This document shows, piece by piece, positions 46,658-46,731 of a DNA stretch of 46,731 bases. This DNA is from Altibacter sp. (GTDB taxonomy: Bacteria > Bacteroidota > Bacteroidia > Flavobacteriales > Flavobacteriaceae). The translations under genes were made by a program, and so were the position numbers. The first letter of the stretch is position 1. Every line of letters begins with the position of its first letter. The DNA lies in assembly GCA_028285705.1 (NCBI GenBank), contig JANQOS010000079.1, positions 1 through 46,731 on the forward strand, in the 5' to 3' direction. The notes under the pieces are model-generated. The model had not been told where the DNA came from. It was given only the letters and a program-made list of their open reading frames with translations, and did no database searches.

Positions 46658-46731
46658 ATGGCTCACAAAAAAGGAGTTGGTAGTTCTAAGAACGGTCGCG
46701 AATCAGAATCGAAACGCTTAGGTGTTAAGAT
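46658..46731 (+). CDS. rpmA: 50S ribosomal protein L27 (3' end outside the window)
   Basis: MAHKKGVGSSKNGRESESKRLGVK is the conserved L27 N-terminus. It runs off the window edge. Confidence 0.93.
   Translation, partial: MAHKKGVGSSKNGRESESKRLGVK

Overview
AT-rich chromosomal segment that looks like a Flavobacteriia (Bacteroidota) genome. The evidence is gldD/gldE gliding genes, T9SS C-terminal sorting domains, Bacteroidota-specific DUF4270/DUF4249/DUF4199 proteins, and TAnnTTTG housekeeping promoter boxes instead of TATAAT. Most of the window is core housekeeping: xth, radA, panCD, glmS, atpDC, bioFDA/bioB, recX, RNase G, HU, mutY, ssb, gldED, rplU-rpmA. I found no rRNA, tRNA, CRISPR array, transposase, integrase or phage genes. 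Four regions are less ordinary. (1) 1-9071 holds two tandem, diverged paralogues encoding large T9SS-secreted proteins with an unrecognised ~440-aa N-terminal domain, next to a 1138-aa outer-membrane beta-barrel protein. (2) 23.9-30.2 kb is a co-directional six-gene block: TonB-dependent receptor, DUF4249 lipoprotein, ECF sigma, membrane anti-sigma-like protein, beta-strand-repeat protein and a small beta-barrel protein. An identical 12-nt ECF-promoter-like box precedes both the receptor and the sigma gene, and this is my best candidate for an undescribed regulon or system. (3) The biotin locus at 30.7-36.5 kb contains a KAS I/II-type condensing enzyme but no recognisable pimelate-arm gene. 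(4) A 29-codon lysine/arginine-rich ORF downstream of HU is missing from the ORF track and looks like ribosomal protein bS22. All family assignments come from reading motifs by eye; no database search was possible.
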